This document shows, piece after piece, positions 17,087 to 26,844 of a stretch of DNA of 29,212 nucleotides. Both the position numbers and the translations under genes were made by a program. The first letter of the stretch is position 1; each line of letters begins with the position of its first letter. The stretch covers positions 1-29,212 of the forward strand of contig JASLJO010000088.1 of assembly GCA_030152505.1 (NCBI GenBank), in the 5' to 3' direction. The notes below the pieces were generated by a model. It was not told the DNA's origin. It did not search any database and saw nothing but the letters and a program-made list of their open reading frames with translations. The stretch comes from Solirubrobacterales bacterium. Its GTDB lineage: Bacteria > Actinomycetota > Thermoleophilia > Solirubrobacterales > 70-9.

Positions 17087-17680
17087 ATGGCGATGACGAC
17101 GTTCATCACGCTCGGCCCGACCGGGACCTGCCACGAGCGGGCGGTCAAGCGCTACGCCGAGTTCCAGGGAATCGAGGACTACGGGATCGAGCTGATCACC
17201 GACTTCTTCGTCGGCCTGGAGATGCTGCGCGAGACGCCGGGCGCCTTCCTCGTCCAGTGCAGCGCACACCCCCTGGTACACGAGATCACCGAGAAATACT
17301 GGACCGAGGTCTGGGTCGTCGACACCTTCATCTTCCCGACCAAGCACCTGGTGCTGCTCACCCGCAAGGAGGTGGAGAGGCCGCGCTCGCTGGGGATCGT
17401 CCCCGCGACCAAGGGCTACGTCGACCTCTCGCGGTGGGAGGAGGTGATCGACGTCGCCTCGAAGCCGATCGTCGCCGAAGAGCTGCTCGCCGGCCGCTAC
17501 GACTCCGGCCTGACCCACATGGAGCACGTCGAGGAGCACGCCGACGAGCTGCGGCTCGACCTCGACATCGGCGAAATCGACACCACCTGGGTCGTCTACG
17601 GCAAGCAGAAGCGCTTCCAGGGCGAGGTCATCGGCATTCCTTCCGCGGAGCTCTACCGCTCGCCGCAGCCGGTCGCCTGA
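17087..17680 (+). CDS. Prephenate dehydratase-fold protein without ACT domain (BacA-like)
   Basis: TLGPTGT N-terminal motif, S...AEELLAGRYDSGLT, IDTTWVVYGK resemble B. subtilis BacA (TLGPEGT, EGLYDIALT, IPMSWSLFGK); 197 aa. Confidence 0.6.
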   Translation: MAMTTFITLGPTGTCHERAVKRYAEFQGIEDYGIELITDFFVGLEMLRETPGAFLVQCSAHPLVHEITEKYWTEVWVVDTFIFPTKHLVLLTRKEVERPRSLGIVPATKGYVDLSRWEEVIDVASKPIVAEELLAGRYDSGLTHMEHVEEHADELRLDLDIGEIDTTWVVYGKQKRFQGEVIGIPSAELYRSPQPVA

Positions 17681-17704
17681 GCACCAGCCAATATCCTGCC
17701 CGCC

Positions 17705-18466
17705 ATGAAGGTGGCCGTGGTCGGCGGGACCGGAGTCCTGGGCAAGCCCTTGGTCGCCGCGCTGGCCGCGCGGGGCGACGAGGTGCTGTCGCTGAGCCGC
17801 AAGCCCGGAAGGACGATGCCCGAGGGCGTTTCGCACCACCGCGTCGACCTGACCACCGGCGACGGCCTGGCCGAGGCGCTCGCCGGTGTCGAGGTCGTCG
17901 TCGACGCCTCGAACTCGAGCACGCCGCGACGCGCGGCCCCGGTTATGGTCGAGGGGACGAAGCGGCTTCTGCGCGCCGGGGCGGAGGCCGGTGCCCGGCA
18001 CTACGTCGGGATCTCGATCGTCGGCTGCGAGCGGGTGCCGATGGCCTACTACAAGGTCAAGGTCGAGCAGGAGGAGGTGATCGCCGGCGGTCCGATTCCC
18101 TGGAGCCTGCTGCGCGCGACCCAGTTCCACACGCTGATCGACCACCTGTTCAAGCAGGACGCGCGCTTCGGGATCGTCCGGTCTGGCAGCGCCCGCTTCC
18201 AGCCGATCGACCCGCCGCTGGTGGCGGAACGCATGGCGGCGGCGGCCCACGCCGAGCCGGCTGGCCGGCTTCCGGACGTCGCCGGCCCCGACGTGCTGAC
18301 GCTGTCCGAGCTGGCCAAGGCCTGGCGGCGGGCGGGCCACAGGGCGCTCCCGTTGCGGTTCCCGATGATCGGCCCGATCGGCCGCCCCGTACGCGAAGGC
18401 GCCCTCTGCAATCCGGACGCCGCTGCCGGCGGTCGCACCTTCGAGGAGTGGCTCGCGCGTGGCTGA
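17705..18466 (+). CDS. NAD(P)H-binding atypical SDR (NmrA-like)
   Basis: GGTGVLG, ISIVG, YYKVK, LRATQFH, FQPID; ATG 7 nt after TATCCT. Confidence 0.9.
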   Translation: MKVAVVGGTGVLGKPLVAALAARGDEVLSLSRKPGRTMPEGVSHHRVDLTTGDGLAEALAGVEVVVDASNSSTPRRAAPVMVEGTKRLLRAGAEAGARHYVGISIVGCERVPMAYYKVKVEQEEVIAGGPIPWSLLRATQFHTLIDHLFKQDARFGIVRSGSARFQPIDPPLVAERMAAAAHAEPAGRLPDVAGPDVLTLSELAKAWRRAGHRALPLRFPMIGPIGRPVREGALCNPDAAAGGRTFEEWLARG

Positions 18467-18890
18467 GGGGAGCGTCGCCGAGCTTCGCTCGCCAAACGCG
18501 GCGCGCGGCGCGCTGGCGGTCCTGTTCTTCTCCGCCGCCTCGGTCGGCCTCACCGCGGCGCTCGCGCCGCACGCCTTCTACGACGATTTCCCCTTCCTGC
18601 GCCACTGGGTCGACCTCCTCCCTCCGTACAACGAGCACCTGGTCACCGACGTCGGCGGCCTCTACCTCGGCTTCACCGTCCTCTTCGCCTGGGCGGCCTG
18701 GACGCTCGAGCGGACCCTGGTCCGCGCCGTCTGCACGGCCTGGCTGCTCGCCGCCGCGCTCCACCTGATCTTCCACGCGACCCATCTCGACAACTTCGAC
18801 ACCGGCGACGCGATTGCCGAGATCGCCTCGCTCGCCTTCCTCCTGATCCCACCGCCGCTGGCGATCTGGGCAACCGGCGGCGCTCCCTGA
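18459..18890 (+). CDS. Hypothetical 4-TM membrane protein
   Basis: APHAFYDDFP..RHWV...PYNEHLVTDVGG..., HLIFHATH; overlaps SDR stop. Confidence 0.85.
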   Translation: MAEGSVAELRSPNAARGALAVLFFSAASVGLTAALAPHAFYDDFPFLRHWVDLLPPYNEHLVTDVGGLYLGFTVLFAWAAWTLERTLVRAVCTAWLLAAALHLIFHATHLDNFDTGDAIAEIASLAFLLIPPPLAIWATGGAP

Positions 18891-18900
18891 ACACCCGACC

Positions 18901-18943
18901 GTGGTAGAGGTTGGGACCGGATAGCGGTTCAAACCTCTACCAC
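18901..18943. repeat. REP-like imperfect palindrome, ATAG-loop family (type A copy 2), between convergent genes
   Basis: GTGGTAGAGGTTGGGACCGG-ATAG-CGGTTCAAACCTCTACCAC. Confidence 0.85.
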
Positions 18944-18976
18944 GCTCATCTACCCCGGCGCTTGGACACCGGCCGC

Positions 18977-20302
18977 TCAGGCGACCCGGTAGACGTCCCA
19001 TTCGTCGGGGACGCCCTTGAGCGTATGGCGGCCGGCCGGGTCGAACTCGACTCCGGAGCCGACGGCAAGGTCGCGCACAGTCCGCGAGGCGAGCACCTCG
19101 TGGGGGCCGGCGAGAGCCGCGATCCGGGCGGCGACGTGAACGGCAATGCCGCCGATGTCCTCGCCGATCAGCTCGACCTCGCCGGTGTGCAGGCCGGCCC
19201 GTACCTCGATCCCCAGCCCCGGCATCTCGTCGCTGACCGCCCGGGCGCACTCGGCGGCGCGGGTCGGACCGTCGAAGGTCGCCAGGAAGCCGTCGCCGGT
19301 GGTCTTGATCTCGCGGCCCTCGAAGCGATGCAGCTGCTCTCGGGTCAGCGACTGGTGCCGCTCGAGCAGGTCGCGCCAGCGACGGTCGCCGAGCTCGGTG
19401 GCCAGCCGGGTCGAATCGACGATGTCGGTGAAGAGCACCGTCGCCAGCACCCGCTGCGGCGCCGGGGTCGGCCGGACGCCGGTGAGGAACTCCTCGATCG
19501 CCTCCAGCGGAGCATCGCTGTCGCCGACCCAGGGGAAGTGATCCTCGCCCTCGAACTCGACGTAGCGGCTTCCCTCGATCTGCTCGGCGAGCCAGCGCGC
19601 GGCGCGGTAGTTGACCGCACGGTCCTGCCGACGGTGGAGGATCAGGGCCGGCGCCTGGATCAGCGGCAGGGCCTCGCGCACATCGGTGTTGAGGAACATC
19701 TGGTTCAACTGCTGGACTCGCATCGGGCTCGCTGCCTGGCGCTCGAAGCGGGCCTGGAACTCGCGGGCGCGGGGATCCGCTGCCAGGCTCGGCGAGAAGA
19801 CGTCGATCGTCGCGCCCTGACCCCACATTGGCCCGACCAGCTCCTCCTGAGATTCTTCGACCGCCTCCTTCTCCGGCGGCCAGGGGTAGTCGGCCGCGGC
19901 GGTCGAACGCGCCATCGCCCCCCAGAGGACCAGCGCCGTGGTGCGCTCAGGGTACGTCGCGGCGAAGAGCATGCACATCGTCGCCCCCTCCGACATGCCG
20001 AGCAGCGCCGCCCGCTCGGAGCCGGCGGCGTCCATCACGGCGCGCACGTCGTCCATCCGCTCCTCCAGCGTCGGCGCCCCCGCGACCGGGTCGGAGAGGC
20101 CGACTCCGCGGCGGTCGAAGACGAGCACCCGGGCGAAGGAGCCGAGGCGCTCGAGGAAGTGCGACAGCATCGGGCTCTCCCACATCAGGTCGAGGTGGGA
20201 GAGGAAGGGGAAGGCGAGCAACAGGTCGAGCTTCCCCTCGCCGAACACCTGGTAGGCGATGCCGACGTCACCGCTGCGCGCGTATCGAGTCTGTGGTGGC
20301 AT
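18977..20302 (-). CDS. Alpha/beta hydrolase - class III adenylate/guanylate cyclase fusion (LipJ-like)
   Basis: PQTRYARSGDVGIAYQVFG, DRRGVGLSD, GMSEG; VLFTDIVDST, KTTGDG, RAGLHTGE, GIAVHVAARI. Confidence 0.93.
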   Translation of the reverse strand: MPPQTRYARSGDVGIAYQVFGEGKLDLLLAFPFLSHLDLMWESPMLSHFLERLGSFARVLVFDRRGVGLSDPVAGAPTLEERMDDVRAVMDAAGSERAALLGMSEGATMCMLFAATYPERTTALVLWGAMARSTAAADYPWPPEKEAVEESQEELVGPMWGQGATIDVFSPSLAADPRAREFQARFERQAASPMRVQQLNQMFLNTDVREALPLIQAPALILHRRQDRAVNYRAARWLAEQIEGSRYVEFEGEDHFPWVGDSDAPLEAIEEFLTGVRPTPAPQRVLATVLFTDIVDSTRLATELGDRRWRDLLERHQSLTREQLHRFEGREIKTTGDGFLATFDGPTRAAECARAVSDEMPGLGIEVRAGLHTGEVELIGEDIGGIAVHVAARIAALAGPHEVLASRTVRDLAVGSGVEFDPAGRHTLKGVPDEWDVYRVA

Positions 20303-20345
20303 CGCGCTTTCCACAGTACGGGTCGCACCCGTGTGGCTCAAGCAG

Positions 20346-20867
20346 TCAGCTCCGTCTACCGACCTGCCCGAGCAGCTCCAGCATCTTCCGGTGGTAGGCG
20401 ACGCCGGCGATCAAGGCTCGTTCCGACCCCTGCCAACGCTCGGTGCCCCGCACGTCGTCGAGGTAGTCCTCGAGCTCGGCCAGCTTCTCGCGGTGCCAGG
20501 CGGCGCGCTCGTCGAGCAGCGGTTGCGGGGGGGCGCCGGCGAAGGCCTTGAGCATGTGTTCGTCGCGCAGCTGCGGCGGTGCGGCGCTCGGCTCGGCCGC
20601 CCACTCGCGCAACGCCGCGCGGCCCTCGTCGGTGAGCGAGTAAACCTTGCGCCGCCGGCCGCCGGGCTCCTGGCGGGCTGTGAGATAGCCGCCCGCGGCG
20701 AGCCGCGCGGGCTCCTCGTAGGCGGTCGTGTGCGGGACCGGCCAGAAGTTGGCGATCGATTTCTCGATCGCCCCCTTTATCTCGTAGGAGGTCGCCTCGC
20801 CGAGCTGGTCGAGCAGCGCGAGCAGCGCGTAGGAGTTGGCCGTCAGGCGGATTGGCTTGCGTTTCAC
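20346..20867 (-). CDS. PadR family transcriptional regulator
   Basis: LLALL...TSYEIK...NFW...YEEPARL...RRKVYSLTDEGRAALREW; GTG start at 20867. Confidence 0.9.
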   Translation of the reverse strand: MKRKPIRLTANSYALLALLDQLGEATSYEIKGAIEKSIANFWPVPHTTAYEEPARLAAGGYLTARQEPGGRRRKVYSLTDEGRAALREWAAEPSAAPPQLRDEHMLKAFAGAPPQPLLDERAAWHREKLAELEDYLDDVRGTERWQGSERALIAGVAYHRKMLELLGQVGRRS

Positions 20868-20875
20868 GATTCGAT

Positions 20876-20888
20876 CCGTATAGTACGG
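20876..20888. promoter_or_regulatory. Candidate PadR operator overlapping divergent -10 boxes
   Basis: CCGTA-TAG-TACGG palindrome containing TATAGT (+) and TACTAT (-). Confidence 0.5.
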
Positions 20889-20924
20889 GACGAAGTATTG
20901 GAAATCACAGCGCAGGGAGTCACG

Positions 20925-22178
20925 ATGGCGGACACGGAACGAGGCGACATCATCCCCGAACGAGAGGACCACGACGCGGTGATCGTCGGCGCGAGCCTGG
21001 CCGGCTGCTCGACCGCGATCCAGCTCGGCCGCGCGGGCGCGCGGGTGGCCCTGATCGAGCAGCGACCCGACCCGGCGGCCTTCAAGCGCACCTGCTCGCA
21101 CTACATCCAGGCCTCAGCCGTGCCGGCGCTCGAACGGCTCGGGCTGCTCGAGCCGATGATGGCCGCCGGGGCGCTGCGCTCGCGCGCCCGGGTCCACACC
21201 CCCTGGGGCTGGATCGCCGCTTCGCCTGAGCGAGCTGGCCAAGGCGTCAACCTGCGCCGCGAGCGGCTCGACCCGCTGATCCGCGAGACCGCCGCGTCGA
21301 CGCCGGGGGTCGACCTGTCGCTCGGCCTCGCCGCCCGCGGGCTGCTGCGCGAGGGCGGCGCCTGGCGCGGCGTCGTCGCCGCCGACCCCGAGGGGAGGGA
21401 GACGACCCTGCGCGGCAGGCTCGTGATCGGCGCCGACGGGCGGGACTCGCGCGTCGCGGAGCTCGCCGGCCTCTCCGGCAGGACGCTGCCGCACGGTCGC
21501 TTCGCCTACGGCGCCTACTACGAGGGGCCGATGCCCGACCACTTCCCCGACAGCGCGCTGTGGTTCCTCGATCCGGACGTCGGCGCGGCCTTCCCGACCG
21601 ACGGCGGGCTCGTCTTCTACGTCGCCATGCCGACCAAGCGCCGGCTCGCCGAGTTCAAGCAGGACCCCGAGCAGGCCCTCGTCGCACACGTCGCCGGCAT
21701 GCCGGACGCGCCGCCGATCCGCGAGTCGCGTCGCGTCAGCCCGGTGATCGGCAAGCTCGAGATGCCCAACCGCGTGCGCGGCCCGATCGCGCCCGGCCTC
21801 GCCCTGATCGGGGATGCGGCGCTGGCGGCAGACCCGCTCTTCGGCGTCGGCTGTGGCTGGGCCTTCCAATCGGCCGAGTGGCTGGCCGATGCGATCACCC
21901 CCGGCCTGCGTGGCGAGGAGCCACTCGAGCGGGGGCTGAAGCGCTACCGGCGCCGTCATCGACGGGAGCTGCGCATGCACGCGTTCCAGGTCAACGAGTA
22001 CGCGACCGGCCGACGCTTTTCCCGCCCCGAACGGGTGCTGATGGCCGCGGCTGCTTCCGACCCAGAGCTCGCCGCCCGCTTCGATGCCTTCGCCACGCGG
22101 CGGATCAAGCCGCAGCGGGCGCTGGTGACGGTGGTCCCGCGCGCGCTCATGGTCAGCGCGCGTCGGGCTTTCGGCTGA
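20925..22178 (+). CDS. FAD-dependent oxidoreductase (geranylgeranyl reductase / monooxygenase-like)
   Basis: VIVGASLAG, LVIGADGRDSRVA, ALIGDAALAADPLFGVG; SD GGGAG. Confidence 0.9.
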   Translation: MADTERGDIIPEREDHDAVIVGASLAGCSTAIQLGRAGARVALIEQRPDPAAFKRTCSHYIQASAVPALERLGLLEPMMAAGALRSRARVHTPWGWIAASPERAGQGVNLRRERLDPLIRETAASTPGVDLSLGLAARGLLREGGAWRGVVAADPEGRETTLRGRLVIGADGRDSRVAELAGLSGRTLPHGRFAYGAYYEGPMPDHFPDSALWFLDPDVGAAFPTDGGLVFYVAMPTKRRLAEFKQDPEQALVAHVAGMPDAPPIRESRRVSPVIGKLEMPNRVRGPIAPGLALIGDAALAADPLFGVGCGWAFQSAEWLADAITPGLRGEEPLERGLKRYRRRHRRELRMHAFQVNEYATGRRFSRPERVLMAAAASDPELAARFDAFATRRIKPQRALVTVVPRALMVSARRAFG

Positions 22179-22237
22179 CTCAGCCGAGCGGTGCGGACCG
22201 GTAGCTTCCGAGGCTCAACGCCGAACCGGGAGCAACG

Positions 22238-23257
22238 ATGGAAGACAACACTCGAGGCCGTGCCGGGATCGAAGCCGACGAGCTGGTGCGCGAGTTCAAG
22301 AACGGGCCGCGGGCAGTGGACGGGATCGACCTGCGGGTCGCGCCGGGAGAGATCTACGGCTTCCTCGGTCCCAACGGGGCGGGCAAGTCGACCACGGTGC
22401 TGATGCTGACCACGCTGCTGCCGCCGACCGCGGGCAGCGCCCGGGTGGCCGGCTACGACATCGCCAGCGAAGGCGGCCGGGTGCGCGGCGCAATCGGCGC
22501 CGCTCTGCAGGAGGCGGCGCTCGATCCGCTGCTGACCGGGCGCGAGCACATGCGCCTGCAGACCGCCCTGCACGGCCTGCCGAAGGCTGAGCGGGAGGAG
22601 CGCAGTGACGAGCTGCTCGCCCGCGTCGGCCTCTCCGAGGCCGCGGACCGCAAGGTCGGCGAGTACTCGGGCGGGATGAAACGGCGGCTCGACCTGGCGC
22701 TGGCCCTGGTCCACCGGCCGCGCATCCTCTTCCTCGACGAGCCGACCACCGGGCTCGACATCCAGAGCCGCACCGCGCTCTGGGACGAGGTCTCCGGACT
22801 GGCAAAGGAGGGCGTCACCGTCTTCCTCACCACCCAGTACCTGGAGGAGGCGGACGCGCTCGCCGACCGGGTCGGGATCATCGACCACGGCCACATCGTC
22901 GCCGAGGGCACCCCGGCCGAGCTCAAGGCCGAGATCGGCCGGCCCACGGTCGAGGCGGTGCCGCGCGACCCGGCCGACCAGGAGAGAGTGGCGGAGGCAC
23001 TGCGCCCCTTCGGCGAGCGATGCGACGCGACGCGACGCGGCGGCGCCTCGGTGCGACTGGAGGGCGGCGAGTCCCAGCTCGCCGACGTCGTCCGCGCCCT
23101 CGACGCCGGTGGCATCGCGATCGAGCAGCTGCAGCTGCACGCGCCTTCGCTCGACGACGTCTTCCTCGCCAAGACCGGACGCTCGCTGGAGGGCGCCGGC
23201 GAGGAGCCGGCGGATGAGCCCGGCAGCGAGGAAATGGAGGCGGTCGGCGCATCGTGA
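22238..23257 (+). CDS. ABC exporter ATP-binding protein (DrrA-like)
   Basis: GPNGAGKST, YSGGM, LFLDEPTTGLD, TTQYLEEAD. Confidence 0.95.
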   Translation: MEDNTRGRAGIEADELVREFKNGPRAVDGIDLRVAPGEIYGFLGPNGAGKSTTVLMLTTLLPPTAGSARVAGYDIASEGGRVRGAIGAALQEAALDPLLTGREHMRLQTALHGLPKAEREERSDELLARVGLSEAADRKVGEYSGGMKRRLDLALALVHRPRILFLDEPTTGLDIQSRTALWDEVSGLAKEGVTVFLTTQYLEEADALADRVGIIDHGHIVAEGTPAELKAEIGRPTVEAVPRDPADQERVAEALRPFGERCDATRRGGASVRLEGGESQLADVVRALDAGGIAIEQLQLHAPSLDDVFLAKTGRSLEGAGEEPADEPGSEEMEAVGAS

Positions 23258-24033
23258 GCGCCACCCTCCGCACCCAGGTCGGTCAGCTGGCGCGGCGCTC
23301 GGTACTGCGCACCCTGCGCCAGCCGGGGCAGATCGTGCCCGCGTTGGTCTTCCCGCTCTTCCTGCTCGCGGTGAACTCGGGGGGGTTGAAAGACGCGACC
23401 AACCTGCCCGGCTTCCCCACCGACTCCTACCTCACCTTCGCCCTCGCCGTGCCCTTCATGCAGGGGGCGCTGTTCTCGGTGATGAACGCCGGCACCGACC
23501 TCGCCCGCGACATCGAGACCGGCTTCCTCAACCGCCTGGCGCTGACTCCGCTGCACGGTGCGGCGCTGCTCAGCGGCCTGCTCGCGGGCGCCGTCGTGCT
23601 CGGCCTGGTCCAAGCCGTGGTCTACCTCAGCGTCGGCCTGATCGCCGGCGCCGAACTGGCGGCAGGCGCGGGAGGAGCCCTGGTCATCGTCGCGCTCTCG
23701 GTCTCGATCACCGTCGCCTTCGGCACGATCGGCCTCTTCGCCGCCCTGCGCACCGGCACCGGCGAGGCGGTGCAGGGCCTCTTCCCGCTCTTCTTCGTCG
23801 CCCTCTTCCTCTCCTCGATGGCGCTGCCGCTGGAACTGCTGCAGACCGACTGGTTCCACGCTGTCGCCAGCGCCAACCCGGTCTCCTACCCGCTGCAGGC
23901 CTTCCGCTCGCTGCTGATCGAAGGCTGGAACCTGGGCGAGCTGGCGCTCGGCTTCGCCATCGCGGGAGCGATCCTCGTGATCGGCATGACCGCGGCCGCA
24001 AGCGCGCTGAAGACGAGGCTGGTGAGGACGTGA
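23254..24033 (+). CDS. ABC-2 type permease
   Basis: Hydrophobic; DIETGFLNRL, NPVSY; GTGA overlap. Confidence 0.92.
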   Translation: MSATLRTQVGQLARRSVLRTLRQPGQIVPALVFPLFLLAVNSGGLKDATNLPGFPTDSYLTFALAVPFMQGALFSVMNAGTDLARDIETGFLNRLALTPLHGAALLSGLLAGAVVLGLVQAVVYLSVGLIAGAELAAGAGGALVIVALSVSITVAFGTIGLFAALRTGTGEAVQGLFPLFFVALFLSSMALPLELLQTDWFHAVASANPVSYPLQAFRSLLIEGWNLGELALGFAIAGAILVIGMTAAASALKTRLVRT

Positions 24034-24794
24034 CCCGCAAGATCGCCCTCGCCGTCGCCTGGCGCAGCATCCACAACTTCCTCACCAACCCGGCGTTTCT
24101 CGCGCCGGGCATCCTCTTCCCGCTCTTCTTCTTCATCGCCTTCGCCGGCGGCCTCTCGGCGATCTCCGGGACGCCCGGCTTCGACTTCCCCAGCGGCTAC
24201 ACCGCCTTCCAGTTCGTCTTCGTCCTGCTCCAGTCGGCGGCCTTCGGCGGCGTCTTCACCGGCTTCGGCATCGCCCGCGACTTCGAGACCGGCTTCGCCC
24301 GCCGTTACCTGCTGGCGGCGACCGACCGGCGGGGGATCGTCGCCGGCTACGCGATCGCGGCACTGACGCGAGCGTTGATCACCTGGACGGTGCTGACCGT
24401 GGTGGCGCTGATCGCTGGGATGGAAGTGGGCGGCGGCGGGGTGGAACTGTTCGGCCTCTACGGCCTCGCCGTGTTGGTCAACCTGGCGGCGACGATGTGG
24501 GCGGCCGGGGTGGCGATGCGGGTGCGCTCGATCCAGGGCGGGCCGCTGATGCAGTTCCCCGTCTTCCTCATCCTCTTCCTCGCCCCCGTCTACGTGCCGC
24601 TCTCGCTGCTCAGCGGCTGGATCCACGCGGTCGCCTCAGTCAACCCGGTCACCGCGCTGCTCGAGGCCGGCCGCGGCTTCATCTCCGGCGAGCCGGCCCA
24701 AGTCGCACTCGCCTTCGCAGTCGCCACCGTGCTACCGGTCCTCTTCGCCCTCTGGGCAAGGGGCGGCCTCAAACGAGCTGAAGCCGCGGGCTGA
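24030..24794 (+). CDS. ABC-2 type permease
   Basis: GTG 24030 overlapping upstream stop; DFETGFARR, NPVTALLEAGR. Confidence 0.92.
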   Translation: MTRKIALAVAWRSIHNFLTNPAFLAPGILFPLFFFIAFAGGLSAISGTPGFDFPSGYTAFQFVFVLLQSAAFGGVFTGFGIARDFETGFARRYLLAATDRRGIVAGYAIAALTRALITWTVLTVVALIAGMEVGGGGVELFGLYGLAVLVNLAATMWAAGVAMRVRSIQGGPLMQFPVFLILFLAPVYVPLSLLSGWIHAVASVNPVTALLEAGRGFISGEPAQVALAFAVATVLPVLFALWARGGLKRAEAAG

Positions 24795-24825
24795 TCCGCT
24801 CCCGGGGAATGAGGGGGCCTCCGCC

Positions 24826-25194
24826 CTACTCCGAGCCGCGGACCAGGCCGATGAGGTGACCCTCCGGGTCTTTGAATTGACCAAGCTCTATTTCGCCCAT
24901 GATCGTCTCGGGGCCCATGATGCGGGTGCCGCCCAGCTGCTCGGCCTTCTGCAGCGCCGCCTCGATGTCGGGCACGGCAACGTAGAAGGTGACGTGGCCC
25001 TCGTAACCATCGGGGCCGGGGCCGATACCGCCGCCGATGCTTCCCATGTTGGATGGGTTGTCCTCGCCTTTGACGATCCCGTAGTTCATCGGGTTGCTCG
25101 CGTCGATGCTCCACCCGAACAGGTCCGAGTAGTAGCTCTGCAGCTTGCCTCCGTCCTTGCCGACCACCTCGAAGTGAACGACTGGCTGTCCCAT
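24826..25194 (-). CDS. VOC (glyoxalase/bleomycin resistance) family protein
   Basis: MGQPVVHFEV...YYSDLFGW...GGGI...FYVAV.D...LGG...FKDPEGHLIGL; SD AAAGGAG. Confidence 0.92.
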   Translation of the reverse strand: MGQPVVHFEVVGKDGGKLQSYYSDLFGWSIDASNPMNYGIVKGEDNPSNMGSIGGGIGPGPDGYEGHVTFYVAVPDIEAALQKAEQLGGTRIMGPETIMGEIELGQFKDPEGHLIGLVRGSE

Positions 25195-25214
25195 ATCCCT
25201 CTCCTTTGTGTAGG

Positions 25215-25263
25215 GACGAGGTCTACGTTGAGCCCCTAACAGGGGCCAAACGTAGATCTCGTC
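25215..25263. repeat. 49 bp imperfect palindrome between MFS and VOC genes (probable distant family member)
   Basis: GACGAGGTCTACGTTGAGCCCCT-AAC-AGGGGCCAAACGTAGATCTCGTC, 20 of 23 arm positions complementary. Confidence 0.75.
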
Positions 25264-25277
25264 TGATTCCAAGTTCT

Positions 25278-26801
25278 CTATCCGACCTCCGAGTAGGCGG
25301 GCTCGCGGGCGCCGCCCTGTTCCTCCTTGCTCGCCTCGGCCTCGGCCATCGCCGCCGGGTCCGGCATCGGTTCGGAGCGCAGGACGAAAATCGCGATCGC
25401 CAGCGCGACGCCGACCAATCCGGCACCCACCAGGTAGGCGAGGTGGAAGCCGGAGTTGAGCGCCGCGGCGTGCGAGGCGCCATCGGAGAGCAGCCCGTCG
25501 GTGCGCTCGGCCGCCAGCGTGGCGAGGACGGCGAGGCCGATCGCCCCGCCAACCTGCGCGCTGGTGTTGACCACGCCCGAGGCGAGACCGGCGTCACTCG
25601 GGGTCGCACCCGACATCGCCAGCGTCATCAGCGAAGGGAACGAGATGCCGATCCCGACGCCGATCAGCAGCATCGGCGCAAGCAGGTCGGCGAGGTAGTC
25701 GCCGTCGACCGGGGTGCGCGCCAGGGCGAGCAGGGCAAGGGCGACCAGGACCATCCCGGGGATCAACATCCGGCGCGGGCCGAAACGCATGATCAATTTT
25801 TCCGAGTAGCCGAGCGAGAGCGTGCCCATCACCAGCGTCGCCGGCAGGAAGGCAAGCCCAACCTGCAACGGGTCGTAGCCGAGGACCTGCTGCATGTAGA
25901 GGGCGCCGAGGAAGAACATGCCGAACATCCCCGCGACGAGCAGCATCTGGAGGGCGTTGGCCCCCGAAACATTGCGCGAGCGGAAGAGTCGCAATGGCAT
26001 CAGCGGGTTGGCGATGCGCGCCTGGCGCACGACGAAGGCGGTCTCCAGCGCCAGCGAGATCGCGCCGAGGATCAGCGTCTGGGTGGAGCCCCAGCCGTTT
26101 TCGGAGACCTCGAGGATCGTGTAGACGCCGAGCATCAGGCCGGCGGTGATCAGCACCGCGCCGATGATGTCGGCGCCCTCGCCGAAGCCGAGGCCGCCCC
26201 CGGCGGAGATCAGCCGCCGCGTCATCACCGCGGTGGCGATACCGATCGGCAGATTGATGAAGAAGATCCAGTGCCAGGCGATTGCCTCGGTCAGCACGCC
26301 ACCGATCAACAGGCCAATCGTGCCGCCGGCGGAGGCGACGAAGCCGTAGACGCCGATCGCTTTCGCCTGCTCGCGCGGCTCCGGGAACATCGTCACGATC
26401 ATCCCGAGGATCACCGCCGAGGTGAGCGCGCCGCCGATCCCCTGGATGAAGCGGGCGCCGATCAGCATCCCCTCGGTCTGCGAGAGGCCGCAGAGCAGCG
26501 AAGCGGTGGTGAAGACCGCGAGGCCGGTGAGGAAGACGCGGCGCTGGCCGAGCAGGTCGCCGAGCCGGCCGGCGAGCAGCAGCAGGCCGCCGAAGGGGAC
26601 GAGGTAGGCATTGACCACCCAGGCGAGGTTGCTCTGCGAGAAGCCGAGATCGTCTTGGATCGACGGCAGGGCGACGTTGACGATCGTGATGTCGAGGACG
26701 ATCATCAGCATCCCGGCGCAGAGGACGTAGAGCGCGAGCCAGCGGTTTCCGTCCTCGCTGGCGGTCGTCACTGGTCCGGCTGCTGCTGCGTTGGCGCTCA
26801 T
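25278..26801 (-). CDS. DHA2 (EmrB/QacA-like) 14-TM MFS efflux transporter
   Basis: LDITIVNVALPSI, WVVNAY, GRLGDLLGQRR, WHWIFFINLPIG, PLMPLRLF. Confidence 0.95.
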   Translation of the reverse strand: MSANAAAAGPVTTASEDGNRWLALYVLCAGMLMIVLDITIVNVALPSIQDDLGFSQSNLAWVVNAYLVPFGGLLLLAGRLGDLLGQRRVFLTGLAVFTTASLLCGLSQTEGMLIGARFIQGIGGALTSAVILGMIVTMFPEPREQAKAIGVYGFVASAGGTIGLLIGGVLTEAIAWHWIFFINLPIGIATAVMTRRLISAGGGLGFGEGADIIGAVLITAGLMLGVYTILEVSENGWGSTQTLILGAISLALETAFVVRQARIANPLMPLRLFRSRNVSGANALQMLLVAGMFGMFFLGALYMQQVLGYDPLQVGLAFLPATLVMGTLSLGYSEKLIMRFGPRRMLIPGMVLVALALLALARTPVDGDYLADLLAPMLLIGVGIGISFPSLMTLAMSGATPSDAGLASGVVNTSAQVGGAIGLAVLATLAAERTDGLLSDGASHAAALNSGFHLAYLVGAGLVGVALAIAIFVLRSEPMPDPAAMAEAEASKEEQGGAREPAYSEVG

Positions 26802-26833
26802 CTCGGCCGCCTCCTTCGGGTCGTGGTCGTCAT
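26798..26833 (-). CDS. Putative leaderless leader peptide MTTTTRRRRPR
   Basis: ATG 7 nt after TAGGGT (26846-26841); TGA overlaps MFS ATG (ATGA). Confidence 0.5.
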   Translation of the reverse strand: MTTTTRRRRPR

Positions 26834-26844
26834 TGCGGCTACCC

